A DNA stretch of 64,000 nt, taken from the NCBI GenBank assembly GCA_031548195.1, contig JAVBRG010000042.1:566-64565 (forward strand), given 5' to 3'. Below, piece by piece: positions 1 to 8,565 of the stretch. The position numbers and the translations under genes were made by a program. The notes under the pieces were generated by a model that made no database searches, was not told where the DNA came from, and was given only the letters and a program-made list of their open reading frames with translations. This DNA comes from Planctomycetota bacterium (GTDB taxonomy: Bacteria > Planctomycetota > SZUA-567). Position 1 is the first letter of the stretch. Each line of letters starts with the position of its first letter.

Positions 1-204
1 ACCGGGGGGAAGCGCAACTCGCCGGAATCCAGGACGATAAACCGTCGCTGGGTGGTTCCACTAAACACCCTATCGGTGTCAAAAATTACACCTCCGTAAG
101 ACAAGGAGCAAACGCCACTGTAGCGGTCGTCTATCGGCCTGGATTCCGGCGAGTTACGGCTTCCCCCCGGTTCAACGCTGGCGGCGCCGGAATGACGTGT
201 GGGG
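1..204. mobile_element. MITE-like palindromic element X, copy 1 (left end cut by the window edge)
   Basis: The arm at 1-33 (accggggggaagcgcaactcgccggaatccagg) pairs with 138-172 (cctggattccggcgagttacggcttccccccggtt). The outer arm ggcgccggaatgacgtgtgggg lies at 183-204. Collinear and highly similar to 20769-21012. Confidence 0.6.
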
Positions 205-270
205 GAGGGGTCGCCGTGACAAGATTCCGGAGAAGCGCATCTCCCGAATTTCAAAGTGTCCTCGGTATAA

Positions 271-361
271 TCGCCTCGTAACAGCGGTTTCTCGGCCTGG
301 ATTCCGGCGAGTTACGCTTCCCCCCGGTTCGACGTTCCCGGCGCCGGAATGACGTGTGGGG
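271..361. mobile_element. Element X, right-half copy only
   Basis: cgtaacagcgg..ggcctggattccggcgagttacgcttccccccggttcgacg..ggcgccggaatgacgtgtgggg matches the right arm of X. No left arm is present. Confidence 0.5.
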
Positions 362-378
362 TGGGTTTTGGCGTGACA

Positions 379-552
379 GGATGCGGATTGACGTAAGATT
401 TGAGATGCGCCCGGATGTGGATTGATGTAATAAGTGAGAGGCGCCCGGATGCGGATTGACGTAAGAATTGAGAGGCGCCCGAGTGCAGATTGACGTAAGA
501 AGTGAGAGGCGCCCGGATGCGGATTGACGTAACAAGAGTCGAGACGCGGACC
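379..552. repeat. 34-bp tandem repeat, 4 good units plus 1 degenerate unit
   Basis: Units start at 379, 413, 447, 481 and 515. Consensus ggatgcggattgacgtaagaattgagaggcgccc. The units abut directly with no spacers. Confidence 0.9.
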
Positions 553-553
553 A

Positions 554-926
554 TTCTGGGAGGGCTTCGCCCCCCAGACCCCCCAGCCCGGGGCGCAAGG
601 TATATGGCTGACCGCTCTGAATTTGCAACCTTCGGGGCGGCCCGGACGCAAAGGCGCGCCTTTGGCGCTGTTTGCTCTAGAAGGAAGGGCCGCGTTAACT
701 AGTTTCTGATGCGTTATTACCGAATGTTGTTCTGCCTCTTTTATTACGCGGCCCATTAACCGCATTTTGATAACCGCTAACCGCGCACCACAACCGCTAT
801 TTGACTCTTTTATAACCACATTTCACAAGGGGGCTCGGTTCTGCCTGGTTAGGCAGAACCAGTTGCGCCCCCTTAAACCCCCCAACCAGCGATTCCGCTG
901 GACCAGATCACGCCAAGCGAAAATGC
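554..926 (+). repeat. Structured intergenic element Y, copy A (inverted partner at 61070-61474)
   Basis: Collinear with the reverse complement of 61070-61474. Shared blocks: ttctgggagggcttcgccccccagac, gacgcaaag.cgcgcctt.ggcgctgtttgctc, ttacgcggcccattaaccgc, aaccgctatttgac, aagggggc..gcgccccc, aaccagcga..ccgctggaccagat. Confidence 0.8.
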
Positions 927-992
927 TACCCTACACCCTGACCGGCGGCACAAAACCCACCGGCGCCGACACCCTCCCCTCCGCCAGCAACT

Positions 993-1760
993 TCAACCAA
1001 TCCTCACTACAATACAACAACGTCCCCGACACCACCCCACCGGCATCAACAACATCCCCACAAACGGAATCAAAAACATCGCCTGCATCGCCACCCCAAA
1101 TCCCAACATCTCCCAAAAACGCTTGTCCACAAACAACCGCTTATGACGAAAACGCAAAAAATTCCGCGCCATCGAAGCATCCAAAAAACCAAACCCCGCA
1201 AAATACGCCCCCACCAAAAACAAAGGAATAAACCCCACCACAGGCACCAACAATAACGGCAATACCAATAAAGTACAACATAACTGCCGCAATAAATTCT
1301 TCAACGAATCGCCAAAACTCAACAAACCCGCCCTCGCCGTAAAACGCAACGGCAAACCCTGCTTCTCCACCCCACCCGTACACGCCGCCTCCACCCGCTC
1401 CGACAACATATCATTCAACGGAGACGCTAACGCCATCCCCACCCCGGTAAAAGTGAAAAACGCCGCCGCCAACGCCAATACAGACATAATAAACTTCATC
1501 AACCACCCCATACTATTCACCGCCGCCGACAACCACCGCCCCACCGGACCCAAAAACACCCAGTTGACTTCATAAATCTGCCACCGCCATAAAAAATACA
1601 GGTAAACCATAAACGCCAAACCATATAAAATTATATTCGCCAACAAAGGCAAAACCGCATAACGCTTCAACCCGTGATGCGTCAACAAAAACCTCGCACC
1701 AATAAACGGCAATCCAATACCCCGCCGAAAAGCTGAAAAATCAAAAGACGAACGTGACAT
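993..1760 (-). CDS. CysZ / EI24-family (DUF540) membrane protein
   Basis: 255-aa multi-TM ORF. LPLLANIILYG, ASPLNDMLSERVEA and FVGMLLMPVG parallel E. coli CysZ LPLLVNILLMG, AAPFNGLLAEQLEA and IMPVAVCG. Codon usage is extremely G/T-ending. Confidence 0.75.
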   Translation of the reverse strand: MSRSSFDFSAFRRGIGLPFIGARFLLTHHGLKRYAVLPLLANIILYGLAFMVYLYFLWRWQIYEVNWVFLGPVGRWLSAAVNSMGWLMKFIMSVLALAAAFFTFTGVGMALASPLNDMLSERVEAACTGGVEKQGLPLRFTARAGLLSFGDSLKNLLRQLCCTLLVLPLLLVPVVGFIPLFLVGAYFAGFGFLDASMARNFLRFRHKRLFVDKRFWEMLGFGVAMQAMFLIPFVGMLLMPVGWCRGRCCIVVRIG

Positions 1761-1813
1761 GCCAACCCTTACCTTTCTGGATCAATACCAAACTGTCGCC
1801 AAACAGACAGCTA

Positions 1814-1847
1814 CAAAAAAAGGCGCCCGCAAACCCCGGGGCGCCCT
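1814..1847 (-). terminator. Rho-independent terminator after the DUF1269 gene
   Basis: The minus strand reads gggcgccccggggtttgcgggcgcc followed by ttttttt. Confidence 0.7.
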
Positions 1848-1868
1848 TCGCGTATACCTGTTAAATAG

Positions 1869-2420
1869 CTAGCTTTTGGCAAAACCCGCCTCGCTCTTGA
1901 GCGGATTGTCACTGTCCTTGACCGGAGCGACAACACTCTTGCCGTTCAAAGCATCCTGCAAAATCTTCTCGTTCTGATGCGTCAAGGAAGTCTTAATCAC
2001 CTTCCCCCCCATGCCGCGCAATTCCTCCAGCACCTTGTCCGGCGTCGCCTTGCCGTACAAAACAAAAAGGAGGGACGAGCCGGGAGTGAAACTTTCCGCC
2101 AAATCCTTCATGAATTTGTCGTTGACCCCGATATCGGTCAATGCACCCGTCGCCGCCCCCGCCCCAGCTCCCACCGCAAACCCCAAAACCGGATTCAGGA
2201 AAATGAGACCAATCAACATTCCCCAAAAACCCCCGCTCAAGGCGCCGGTGGCGGTCAAATTATACATCTGCTGCAACTTCACCTTGCCGTCCGGCTTCTT
2301 TATCGCCACCACCGCATCCTCGACGTCAATCAAATAATCCTTCTTCATCTGCATAAGTTTGGTGCGGACTTCATTCGCCTTTTCCTCGGTGTCAAAGGCA
2401 ATCACAATCAAATCGCTCAT
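1869..2420 (-). CDS. DUF1269-family membrane protein
   Basis: ATG at 2420 (MSDLIVIAFDTEEKANE...). Gly-rich TM pair GALSGGFWGMLIGLIF / GAGAGAATGAL. The longer track ORF (to 2582) overlaps the neighbouring gene. Confidence 0.7.
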   Translation of the reverse strand: MSDLIVIAFDTEEKANEVRTKLMQMKKDYLIDVEDAVVAIKKPDGKVKLQQMYNLTATGALSGGFWGMLIGLIFLNPVLGFAVGAGAGAATGALTDIGVNDKFMKDLAESFTPGSSLLFVLYGKATPDKVLEELRGMGGKVIKTSLTHQNEKILQDALNGKSVVAPVKDSDNPLKSEAGFAKS

Positions 2421-2509
2421 GATATGCTCCCGATACTTACGTTCTCCCTCATAAATCCATGTCGGAGAAAACATACCGGCCCGTTGCCGCAACCGGCAGA
2501 CAATCCGCA

Positions 2510-5074
2510 TCAATACCTGGCCATAATCTTGAAGTCCATGTCCTGGAAGGCAAAAATGCAGTCGGCCAATTCCAACGTGCACAGGTAAGTCAAATCAATG
2601 CAGTCGTTCTCAATCTGCCGCATCAACTCCCGCGCCCGCGCCGAATGGACGGTAATCCTCAGCTCCGAATAACGCACCGCCTGCTGCGTTTCGATGAGGA
2701 ACCCCCAGTCGGAGGATATCGCCAAAAACAGCTCCCGAACCGCCTGGTTCAAAGCCCGGATCAACAGGGGGTGCTCGGTGTACTTGTGCTTGGTGGCCAA
2801 ATCGCTCATCTTGTTCGCCAGCCGGAACATGTGCCGGTAAACCCAGCAGTTCGGCTGATAACTCCTGCCATCCACCCAAGTCTGGAAATAGTCCTTCTTC
2901 CCCCACGAACTGGCGCCCGGCATCATCTTCTGGTGAGTCGGGACTTCTCCGAGATATTCGGACGGAGTCACCGGCCGCACTTCCTGCTGATCGTAAAGCA
3001 TCTTCTTCAGGACCGACTCAATCCACATCGGCCCCTCTTCCCACCAATGGCCAAACAATTCCGCGTCGTAGGCCGAAACAATCATCGACTTCCGGTTGGT
3101 GGTTTGCAAAACGTGGTTCGCCTTCACCCCCCGGTAATAGGCGAACTGCCCGGCCTGCTCATGCACCGTGCCCTCGGCCCACATCGGGTTGTAATAATCC
3201 TTGTCGCCGAGATTGCCGCCTTTCTTGGTTATCCGGTAATACTTGATGCCGGTGTTGCGGCGAACATTCGCGGTGTGGAAATATTCCGGTAAATAATTCC
3301 ACTCCGCCTCGTAGCCGAGGTCCCGGTACCATTCCTTGTAATTGGGGTGGCCGGGATAACCGCCCTCGCGCGACCACACCGAAGCCCGGGTCTCCTCGTC
3401 AATGCCGAAGAACGCCACACCGTTCGGGGAAATGACCGGGGCGTCCGTTCCAAAGAAGGAGCGGGTGTCGCCTTCAGTTATGCCGTTCGCGTTCAGGAGC
3501 GCCCACTTGATGCCGGAGTCGGCGAGGAATTTGTCAATACCCGGGGTGTAGGCGTTCTCGGGCAGCCACATGCCGCGGGGGGGACGGCCGAAGACGCGGG
3601 TATACTGGTTGACCCCGGTCTGCACCTGCCCACGGACCGACTCGGGAATATGCTTGAAGAGGGGGAGAATCATGTGGGTCGCGGCACAGGTGATGACCTC
3701 GATTTTGCCCATGTCCTGGAAATCGCGGTAACCGCGGGTCAAATCGCCTTCGTAAGCGTCGAACACCTCCTTGGCAATCCAGAAGCGGTGCAGGGTCTGT
3801 TCAATCGTGTTATACCAGGGCTTACCTTTCGAATTGTCCCGCTCGCGGGTGGCGAGGCGGATCAATTCGTCGATGTGCCGGGCCGCCCGCATCTTCAGGG
3901 ACGGCGTCTGCATCATGGAAAGCAGCGAAGGCGTCAGGGACAGGGTAATGCGGAAATCGATCTTGTCCTTCTCCAGCCGCCAGAACAAGTTGAGCAGCTG
4001 GGTATAGACCGACACCACCGCCTCCATGAACCACTGTTCCTCCAGCGGCACATCGTACTCGGGGTGATGGATGAAGGGGAGGTGCTGGTGCAGGACCAGG
4101 GACCAATAGCCCTTTTCCTCCTGGGCGTAATGGGTGCGGTTTTTCCAATAATTATATTGGTTGAAACGCCAGTCCGAGGTCGGCACTTCGAGGATGACGT
4201 TATTGGGATCGACCTGAATGGACGGCCACTCCGCGTACTTCTGCTGGGTGGTGCGGGAATTCTTGGGGGCGTAGGCGGAATTCGAGCGGGCGATCATCTC
4301 GAAATATTCGGTGCCATTGGCGCGGTAGCCGAGTTCGGCGATATAATCGTTGTCCGGCTTCACCTTAATCCAGTACTCGTTCTTGTCGGCGAGGTAATCG
4401 TCGACTTCAAAAACGTTCTGGAAATTGAAGCCGTCGAACTCGATGCCGGTGACCTGGTAGACACGGAGAATCAGCCGGTTCTTGCCGAAAAAGTCGGCGC
4501 CGAATTTTTCCTTCAGGTTCTTGCGGCAGCCGTCGTCCACCTCCCACAGCACGTAAATGGTCTCGGGATCGCGCGGAACCAGGTAAAGGTAGGTTTGATT
4601 GTAGAACGGATCCAGATAAGGCACTTCCTTGAGAAGTTCAAGATCCGGCTTCACTCGAACCCCCTCCTCGCCTGGAATGCTGTCGCCCGGTTTCAAGCCA
4701 TCGTCGTAACTTATCGCCGCCCCCCGCTGCACGCCGGTATTCGCCGACACTCTCCCGCCGGTGCGGAGAACGTCGGGGAATTCGGCCGGTCGCTTGGAAA
4801 ACTCCTCTTCCGCCTCCACCGCCTTCAGGTTCAGGTTCGGCGTCTCGGCGGCGGCCGCCGCCAAACCGTGGGCCCCCACTCCCACGGCGACCGGGGAGCC
4901 GGGAGGCGGCTGCTGGAGAACGCGTTTGGCGTTGTCCGCCGCCGTCACCGGTTGCAGCAGGGGCGGTCGGACAAAAGGGGGTGCGTCGGAAAGGGCGGGG
5001 TCGCCTTTCGGCAAAGGGGGAGTGATCGGGGTCGGGGGAACGGCTGGAAGATCTTTTTTAATATCGTCAGACAT
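2510..5074 (-). CDS. GH57-family 1,4-alpha-glucan branching enzyme with Pro-rich and DUF4912-like N-terminus
   Basis: 854 aa. YLYLVPRDPETIYVLWEV (DUF4912-like), then the GH57 core YWSLVLHQHLPFIHHPEY, ITCAATHMILP and AYDAELFGHWWEEG. Confidence 0.85.
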   Translation of the reverse strand: MSDDIKKDLPAVPPTPITPPLPKGDPALSDAPPFVRPPLLQPVTAADNAKRVLQQPPPGSPVAVGVGAHGLAAAAAETPNLNLKAVEAEEEFSKRPAEFPDVLRTGGRVSANTGVQRGAAISYDDGLKPGDSIPGEEGVRVKPDLELLKEVPYLDPFYNQTYLYLVPRDPETIYVLWEVDDGCRKNLKEKFGADFFGKNRLILRVYQVTGIEFDGFNFQNVFEVDDYLADKNEYWIKVKPDNDYIAELGYRANGTEYFEMIARSNSAYAPKNSRTTQQKYAEWPSIQVDPNNVILEVPTSDWRFNQYNYWKNRTHYAQEEKGYWSLVLHQHLPFIHHPEYDVPLEEQWFMEAVVSVYTQLLNLFWRLEKDKIDFRITLSLTPSLLSMMQTPSLKMRAARHIDELIRLATRERDNSKGKPWYNTIEQTLHRFWIAKEVFDAYEGDLTRGYRDFQDMGKIEVITCAATHMILPLFKHIPESVRGQVQTGVNQYTRVFGRPPRGMWLPENAYTPGIDKFLADSGIKWALLNANGITEGDTRSFFGTDAPVISPNGVAFFGIDEETRASVWSREGGYPGHPNYKEWYRDLGYEAEWNYLPEYFHTANVRRNTGIKYYRITKKGGNLGDKDYYNPMWAEGTVHEQAGQFAYYRGVKANHVLQTTNRKSMIVSAYDAELFGHWWEEGPMWIESVLKKMLYDQQEVRPVTPSEYLGEVPTHQKMMPGASSWGKKDYFQTWVDGRSYQPNCWVYRHMFRLANKMSDLATKHKYTEHPLLIRALNQAVRELFLAISSDWGFLIETQQAVRYSELRITVHSARARELMRQIENDCIDLTYLCTLELADCIFAFQDMDFKIMARY

Positions 5075-5230
5075 CGTTACTCCTCAAGAAAACTTCTATG
5101 AACACGTTCAATCACCCTCTTTGGCAAGCGGTTGCGGTGTTTCCGGGAATGGCAGGGGGCGGTTTGCTCGAGACTCACGAAACTCCACCATATGGCAAAA
5201 CCTCAAAAAACGCAAGCGAACTTTCCCGCC

Positions 5231-6082
5231 TCACGTCCCCGTCCGGACCGACACCAAATCGAGAAAATCCTCGGGATCGACCTTGTCCACCGCCAGGACC
5301 AAAATTCTCCGTTCCTCGAGCATTTGAATCGCCTCCCCCACCACCTGCGACAAATCCGTCGCGCTGACATTGTGAAACACCACGTTCAACTTCTCAATCT
5401 TCTCCAAACGCTCCGCCATTTCCCGCAACTTCCGGTACAACGCCAAATGCAGCAGCAAATCGGCCCGCAGCTTCTCCAGCGATTCCGGCTTCTTCTCCAA
5501 ATGCTCCACCTCGAAAGCGTTTCTGTCCGCATAAGTGACTATGGAATTAGCCAGCCCCACCACCTCCTCCTCGCTCGGGGGAACATAACTCGCCCCCGCC
5601 GGACTGGCGGCGATCGCCTCGTCGACCCTCCGCTGCAATTCGGTGAGGCGGCGTTCCAATTTACCCTGCCGGTCGATAAGCCGGCTGTGCCTGCCCCAAC
5701 GGAGCGGCGTGATCAGATGGTTCCACCATTTCAGCCGGGCGATGACGAACGCCATCGATTGGGGGGGAAAGACGCCGGATTTGATGCTGTCGGCCTTTTG
5801 GGTGATTTGTTCGGAGGAGCGGATAATCACCCCCCACACGGTCCAGGCGAGCAGCACCGCGAAGAATACGAAAGAGGCCTTGGCCAGCCCGGGTTTGCCG
5901 AAAATATACAGGGCGGCCGATACCAGCAGGGTGACAATCAAGGTGGCGAAGGAGGTTGCCGGCGTGTCTTCGAAGGAACTACCGCCACGGGACACCATGT
6001 CGTCGCCGGTGCGCTGGCAGAAGAAGTCGAACAAATTGGGGACGTGCAGAACGTCCTCACGCGATTCGTTTGCTGCATCCAT
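5231..6082 (-). CDS. Hypothetical membrane protein with C-terminal coiled coil
   Basis: 283 aa with ATG at 6082. Two TM helices (TLIVTLLVSAALYIF, FVFFAVLLAWTVWGVII), then heptad-like LERRLTELQRRVDE...LREMAERLEKIEKL. Confidence 0.55.
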   Translation of the reverse strand: MDAANESREDVLHVPNLFDFFCQRTGDDMVSRGGSSFEDTPATSFATLIVTLLVSAALYIFGKPGLAKASFVFFAVLLAWTVWGVIIRSSEQITQKADSIKSGVFPPQSMAFVIARLKWWNHLITPLRWGRHSRLIDRQGKLERRLTELQRRVDEAIAASPAGASYVPPSEEEVVGLANSIVTYADRNAFEVEHLEKKPESLEKLRADLLLHLALYRKLREMAERLEKIEKLNVVFHNVSATDLSQVVGEAIQMLEERRILVLAVDKVDPEDFLDLVSVRTGT

Positions 6083-6088
6083 GAGACT

Positions 6089-6877
6089 TTACCCCCCGAC
6101 CGTACACAAACGCATCGCCAAATCCCTCGGCGCCACCCCCACCTTGATGCCGCATTCCTTAATGCGCGGGCCGAACCTCTGCAAGAGGCCGTTCTTCGCC
6201 GTGTCCGGGGTATTGTTTTCCTTGGACAAATGCGACAGAACAATCCGCCTCAGCCTCTCCCCCCCGAGTCCGAACAGTAAATCCGCCGCCTCGCCGTTCG
6301 ACAAATGCCCGCCGGAACCGCGTATCCGCGCCTTCAGGTACGGGGGATACGCCCGGTTCGCCGCCAGCATGCCGGGGTCGTAATTGCTTTCCAAAAAAAC
6401 GAAGTCGAGGCCGGCCAAATGTTCGGCCAAACCCGGGAAGACATGCCCGAGATCGGTATAAATCCCGCAGCGCCGGCCGTTACGTTCCACCGTAACCACC
6501 ACCGGCTCGGCGCCGTCGTGGGGAGTGGGGTGAAATGAAAACTTCAAGCCCGCCACCAAAAGCCCGCCGGAAGCGTCGACGACCTCGACCCGGACATTCC
6601 CCAAACCCACCCCCGCCGCGTCGCGGGTTCCCCGGGTCATCCACAGCTTCCAGCCGTGCTTCCTCTGAAGAATACCCGCCCCGCGGATGTGGTCGACGTG
6701 GTCGTGGGTGACGATTATCCCCCGCACCAAACCGGCGTCGCCGCCGGCGGCGGCAATGTTGTCCAGCACTTTCTTACCCGACAATCCGGCGTCGATCAGG
6801 ACCGCCCCCTCCGGACTCTCCACATAATAGGAATTCCCCGACGATCCGCTACCCAGGGAGGCAACCCGCATCGGCAT
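6089..6877 (-). CDS. MBL-fold metallo-hydrolase
   Basis: 262 aa with an HxHxDH motif (VTHDHVDHIRG) and a later SHLS motif. Confidence 0.85.
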   Translation of the reverse strand: MPMRVASLGSGSSGNSYYVESPEGAVLIDAGLSGKKVLDNIAAAGGDAGLVRGIIVTHDHVDHIRGAGILQRKHGWKLWMTRGTRDAAGVGLGNVRVEVVDASGGLLVAGLKFSFHPTPHDGAEPVVVTVERNGRRCGIYTDLGHVFPGLAEHLAGLDFVFLESNYDPGMLAANRAYPPYLKARIRGSGGHLSNGEAADLLFGLGGERLRRIVLSHLSKENNTPDTAKNGLLQRFGPRIKECGIKVGVAPRDLAMRLCTVGG

Positions 6878-6883
6878 GTCAAT

Positions 6884-7912
6884 TCACCTCGCTACCGTTT
6901 CCAGATCCAAGCCGTCCCGGACTCCCGCCTCGTACAGCCGGGTCGCCCGCGCCGCAATCATCACCGCGTTGTCGGTGCATAACGCCAGCGGAGGAACCGC
7001 CAATCGCATGCCCGCCGCCGCCACCGCCGCCGCCATTTTATCCCTTAAATATCCGTTCGCCGCCACCCCGCCCCCCAGCGCCAGCCACTTCACCCCCACC
7101 CGCTTCGCCGCCGACAGGGCCCGGCTGACCAGGGCGTGCGTCACCGCCTCCTGAAAAGACGCCGCCGCATCCTTCACCCCCTGTTCGTCCAGAAGGAGTT
7201 CCCCCTTCCGGCCCGCCCTGCCCCGCGCCGCGTACATCACCGCCGTCTTCAAGCCGCTGAAGGAAAAATTCTCGCCGTCCGGCGGCAGGCACGACTGCCG
7301 CCAATTGTACGCGCCGGCATTCCCCCCCTTGGCCGCCTTTTCTATCCGGGGCCCCCCGGGGAAGCCCAAACCCAGCAGCTTCGCCGCCTTGTCGAAGGCT
7401 TCGCCGGCGGCGTCGTCCAGGGTCGTTCCGAGGCCGGTCATGCTCGCGCGGCCGTGGGCGGGGTCCTCGACCAGATAAAGATTGCTGTGACCGCCCGACA
7501 CCACCAGGGCGACGTAGGGGAAACGCAATTCAGGATTGGCGAACTCGGCGGCGGCGATGTGCCCTTCGATATGGTCAACCCCTATAAGCGGTTTTCCCCA
7601 GGCCAACGCCAATGCCTTGGCGGCCGACACCCCCACCAGCAAGGCGCCGATCAGGCCGGGACGGTTCGTCACCGCCACGGCGGAAAGATCCGCCGGATTC
7701 ACCTTGGCGTCGGCGAGCAGTTTGTCCACGCCGGGGAGCAGGCATTCCATGTGGGCGCGGCAGGCGACTTCGGGGACGACCCCGCCGTAAGCGCGGTGCA
7801 GATCGATTTGACTGGCGACAAATTGGGACAGGACTTCGCGGCCGTTTCTGAGAATGGCGCCGGCCGTTTCGTCGCAGGACGATTCGAGGGCGAGGACAAG
7901 GGTCTCGGGCAT
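6884..7912 (-). CDS. tsaD: tRNA N6-adenosine threonylcarbamoyltransferase TsaD
   Basis: ATG at 7912 (MPETLVLALESSCDETA...). GVDHIEGHI and GGGVAAN motifs. The track ORF's N-terminal 74 aa are a spurious extension. Confidence 0.92.
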   Translation of the reverse strand: MPETLVLALESSCDETAGAILRNGREVLSQFVASQIDLHRAYGGVVPEVACRAHMECLLPGVDKLLADAKVNPADLSAVAVTNRPGLIGALLVGVSAAKALALAWGKPLIGVDHIEGHIAAAEFANPELRFPYVALVVSGGHSNLYLVEDPAHGRASMTGLGTTLDDAAGEAFDKAAKLLGLGFPGGPRIEKAAKGGNAGAYNWRQSCLPPDGENFSFSGLKTAVMYAARGRAGRKGELLLDEQGVKDAAASFQEAVTHALVSRALSAAKRVGVKWLALGGGVAANGYLRDKMAAAVAAAGMRLAVPPLALCTDNAVMIAARATRLYEAGVRDGLDLETVAR

Positions 7913-7935
7913 GGGGAATGGTTCACTTTTAAGCG

Positions 7936-8565
7936 TCAAATCGGTTCCGTTTCGATAATCCGCGCCGGCGTCACCACCTTGTGCATCGGCATGTCGGCGT
8001 CTGTTTTCGGAATGGCCGGATATACCTGAAAATCGTACCCCGCACCCACCCGGTGCATATCCCGGTATTTTCTGAACAAGGCGTCGTAAACCCCCGCCCC
8101 CCGGCCCAAACGGTCGCCGTCTTCCGAAAAACACCGCCCCGGCGCAATCGCCAGCTGGATTTCCCCGCCCTTCGCCACCGGGCAGGTATCATCCGGCACC
8201 AGAATCCCCCCCTTGCCCTTGACCAATTGCCGGTCGAGGTCGTCGACATAACGCAAACCCACTTCCGCCTCGCCCAGCCACACCGGCAAGGCCAAAACCC
8301 CGCCCTCCTCCAGCCAGCGGCGCATGAAGTCGGTAATATCCGCCTCGTCCGGCAGGGCGGAGTAGCCGAGAATGGGACCGGTGGCGTTTTCCAGCGCCAC
8401 GTCCCACAGCTGCTCCAAAAGTTCCGCGTCCAGGCGCCGGCGCTTCTCGCACGGATTCAGGGCAAACTGTTCCCCCGCCAATCGCCGCCAGCGCTTCTTC
8501 GCCTCCCGCACCTCATCCTTGGCATCGTCAGGCATATGCAACCGTTCATCCTTCGCTTTCAACAT
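7936..8565 (-). CDS. 5-formyltetrahydrofolate cyclo-ligase
   Basis: 209 aa of the MTHFS family (ALPDEADITDF..LALPVW..PGRCFSEDGDRLGRGAGVYD). An alternative ATG at 8535 would avoid overlap with apt. Confidence 0.8.
   Translation of the reverse strand: MLKAKDERLHMPDDAKDEVREAKKRWRRLAGEQFALNPCEKRRRLDAELLEQLWDVALENATGPILGYSALPDEADITDFMRRWLEEGGVLALPVWLGEAEVGLRYVDDLDRQLVKGKGGILVPDDTCPVAKGGEIQLAIAPGRCFSEDGDRLGRGAGVYDALFRKYRDMHRVGAGYDFQVYPAIPKTDADMPMHKVVTPARIIETEPI

Noticed and set aside
1-204. Element X as a known structured RNA (RNase P, tRNA-like, tmRNA, riboswitch, group II domain V)
   Set aside because: Only short chance resemblances were seen (gagcaaacgcc, ggttcga). The universally conserved cores (GGAAAGUCCGG, T-loop with acceptor, B12 box and so on) are absent. 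The sequence is multi-copy with long near-perfect terminal inverted repeats. The small internal hairpins do not covary between copies.
379-552. Possible CRISPR array (regular ~34-bp repeats)
   Set aside because: The units abut directly with no unique spacers. All units are variants of one sequence. No cas genes or leader are present. It is a minisatellite-type tandem repeat.
172-819. ORFs 172-819, 251-628 and 312-554 (minus) encoding repeated RIRAPLTSYVNPHPGAS peptides
   Set aside because: These are read-through of the 34-bp tandem array and of elements X and Y in three frames. There is no RBS, and the composition is that of the repeats.
554-926. Replication origin or partition site (AACCGC clusters, AT-richer patch, adjacent iteron-like repeats)
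   Set aside because: I found no TTATCCACA-type DnaA boxes and no dnaA, dnaN or parAB genes nearby. A second, inverted copy exists at 61 kb. I kept it only as an unexplained repeat.
767-1231. 154-aa Pro/Thr/Gln-rich ORF on the plus strand
   Set aside because: It is antisense to the well-supported CysZ-like gene. It is a by-product of the extreme A+C richness of this strand.
7913-8134. N-terminal extensions of track ORFs (tsaD to 8134, ppk to 37719, glgX to 52336, exbD to 60279, apt to 9172, DUF1269 to 2582)
   Set aside because: In each case the conserved family N-terminus begins at an internal ATG that I verified in the sequence. The extensions are Arg/Gly-rich and overlap neighbouring genes or hairpins.
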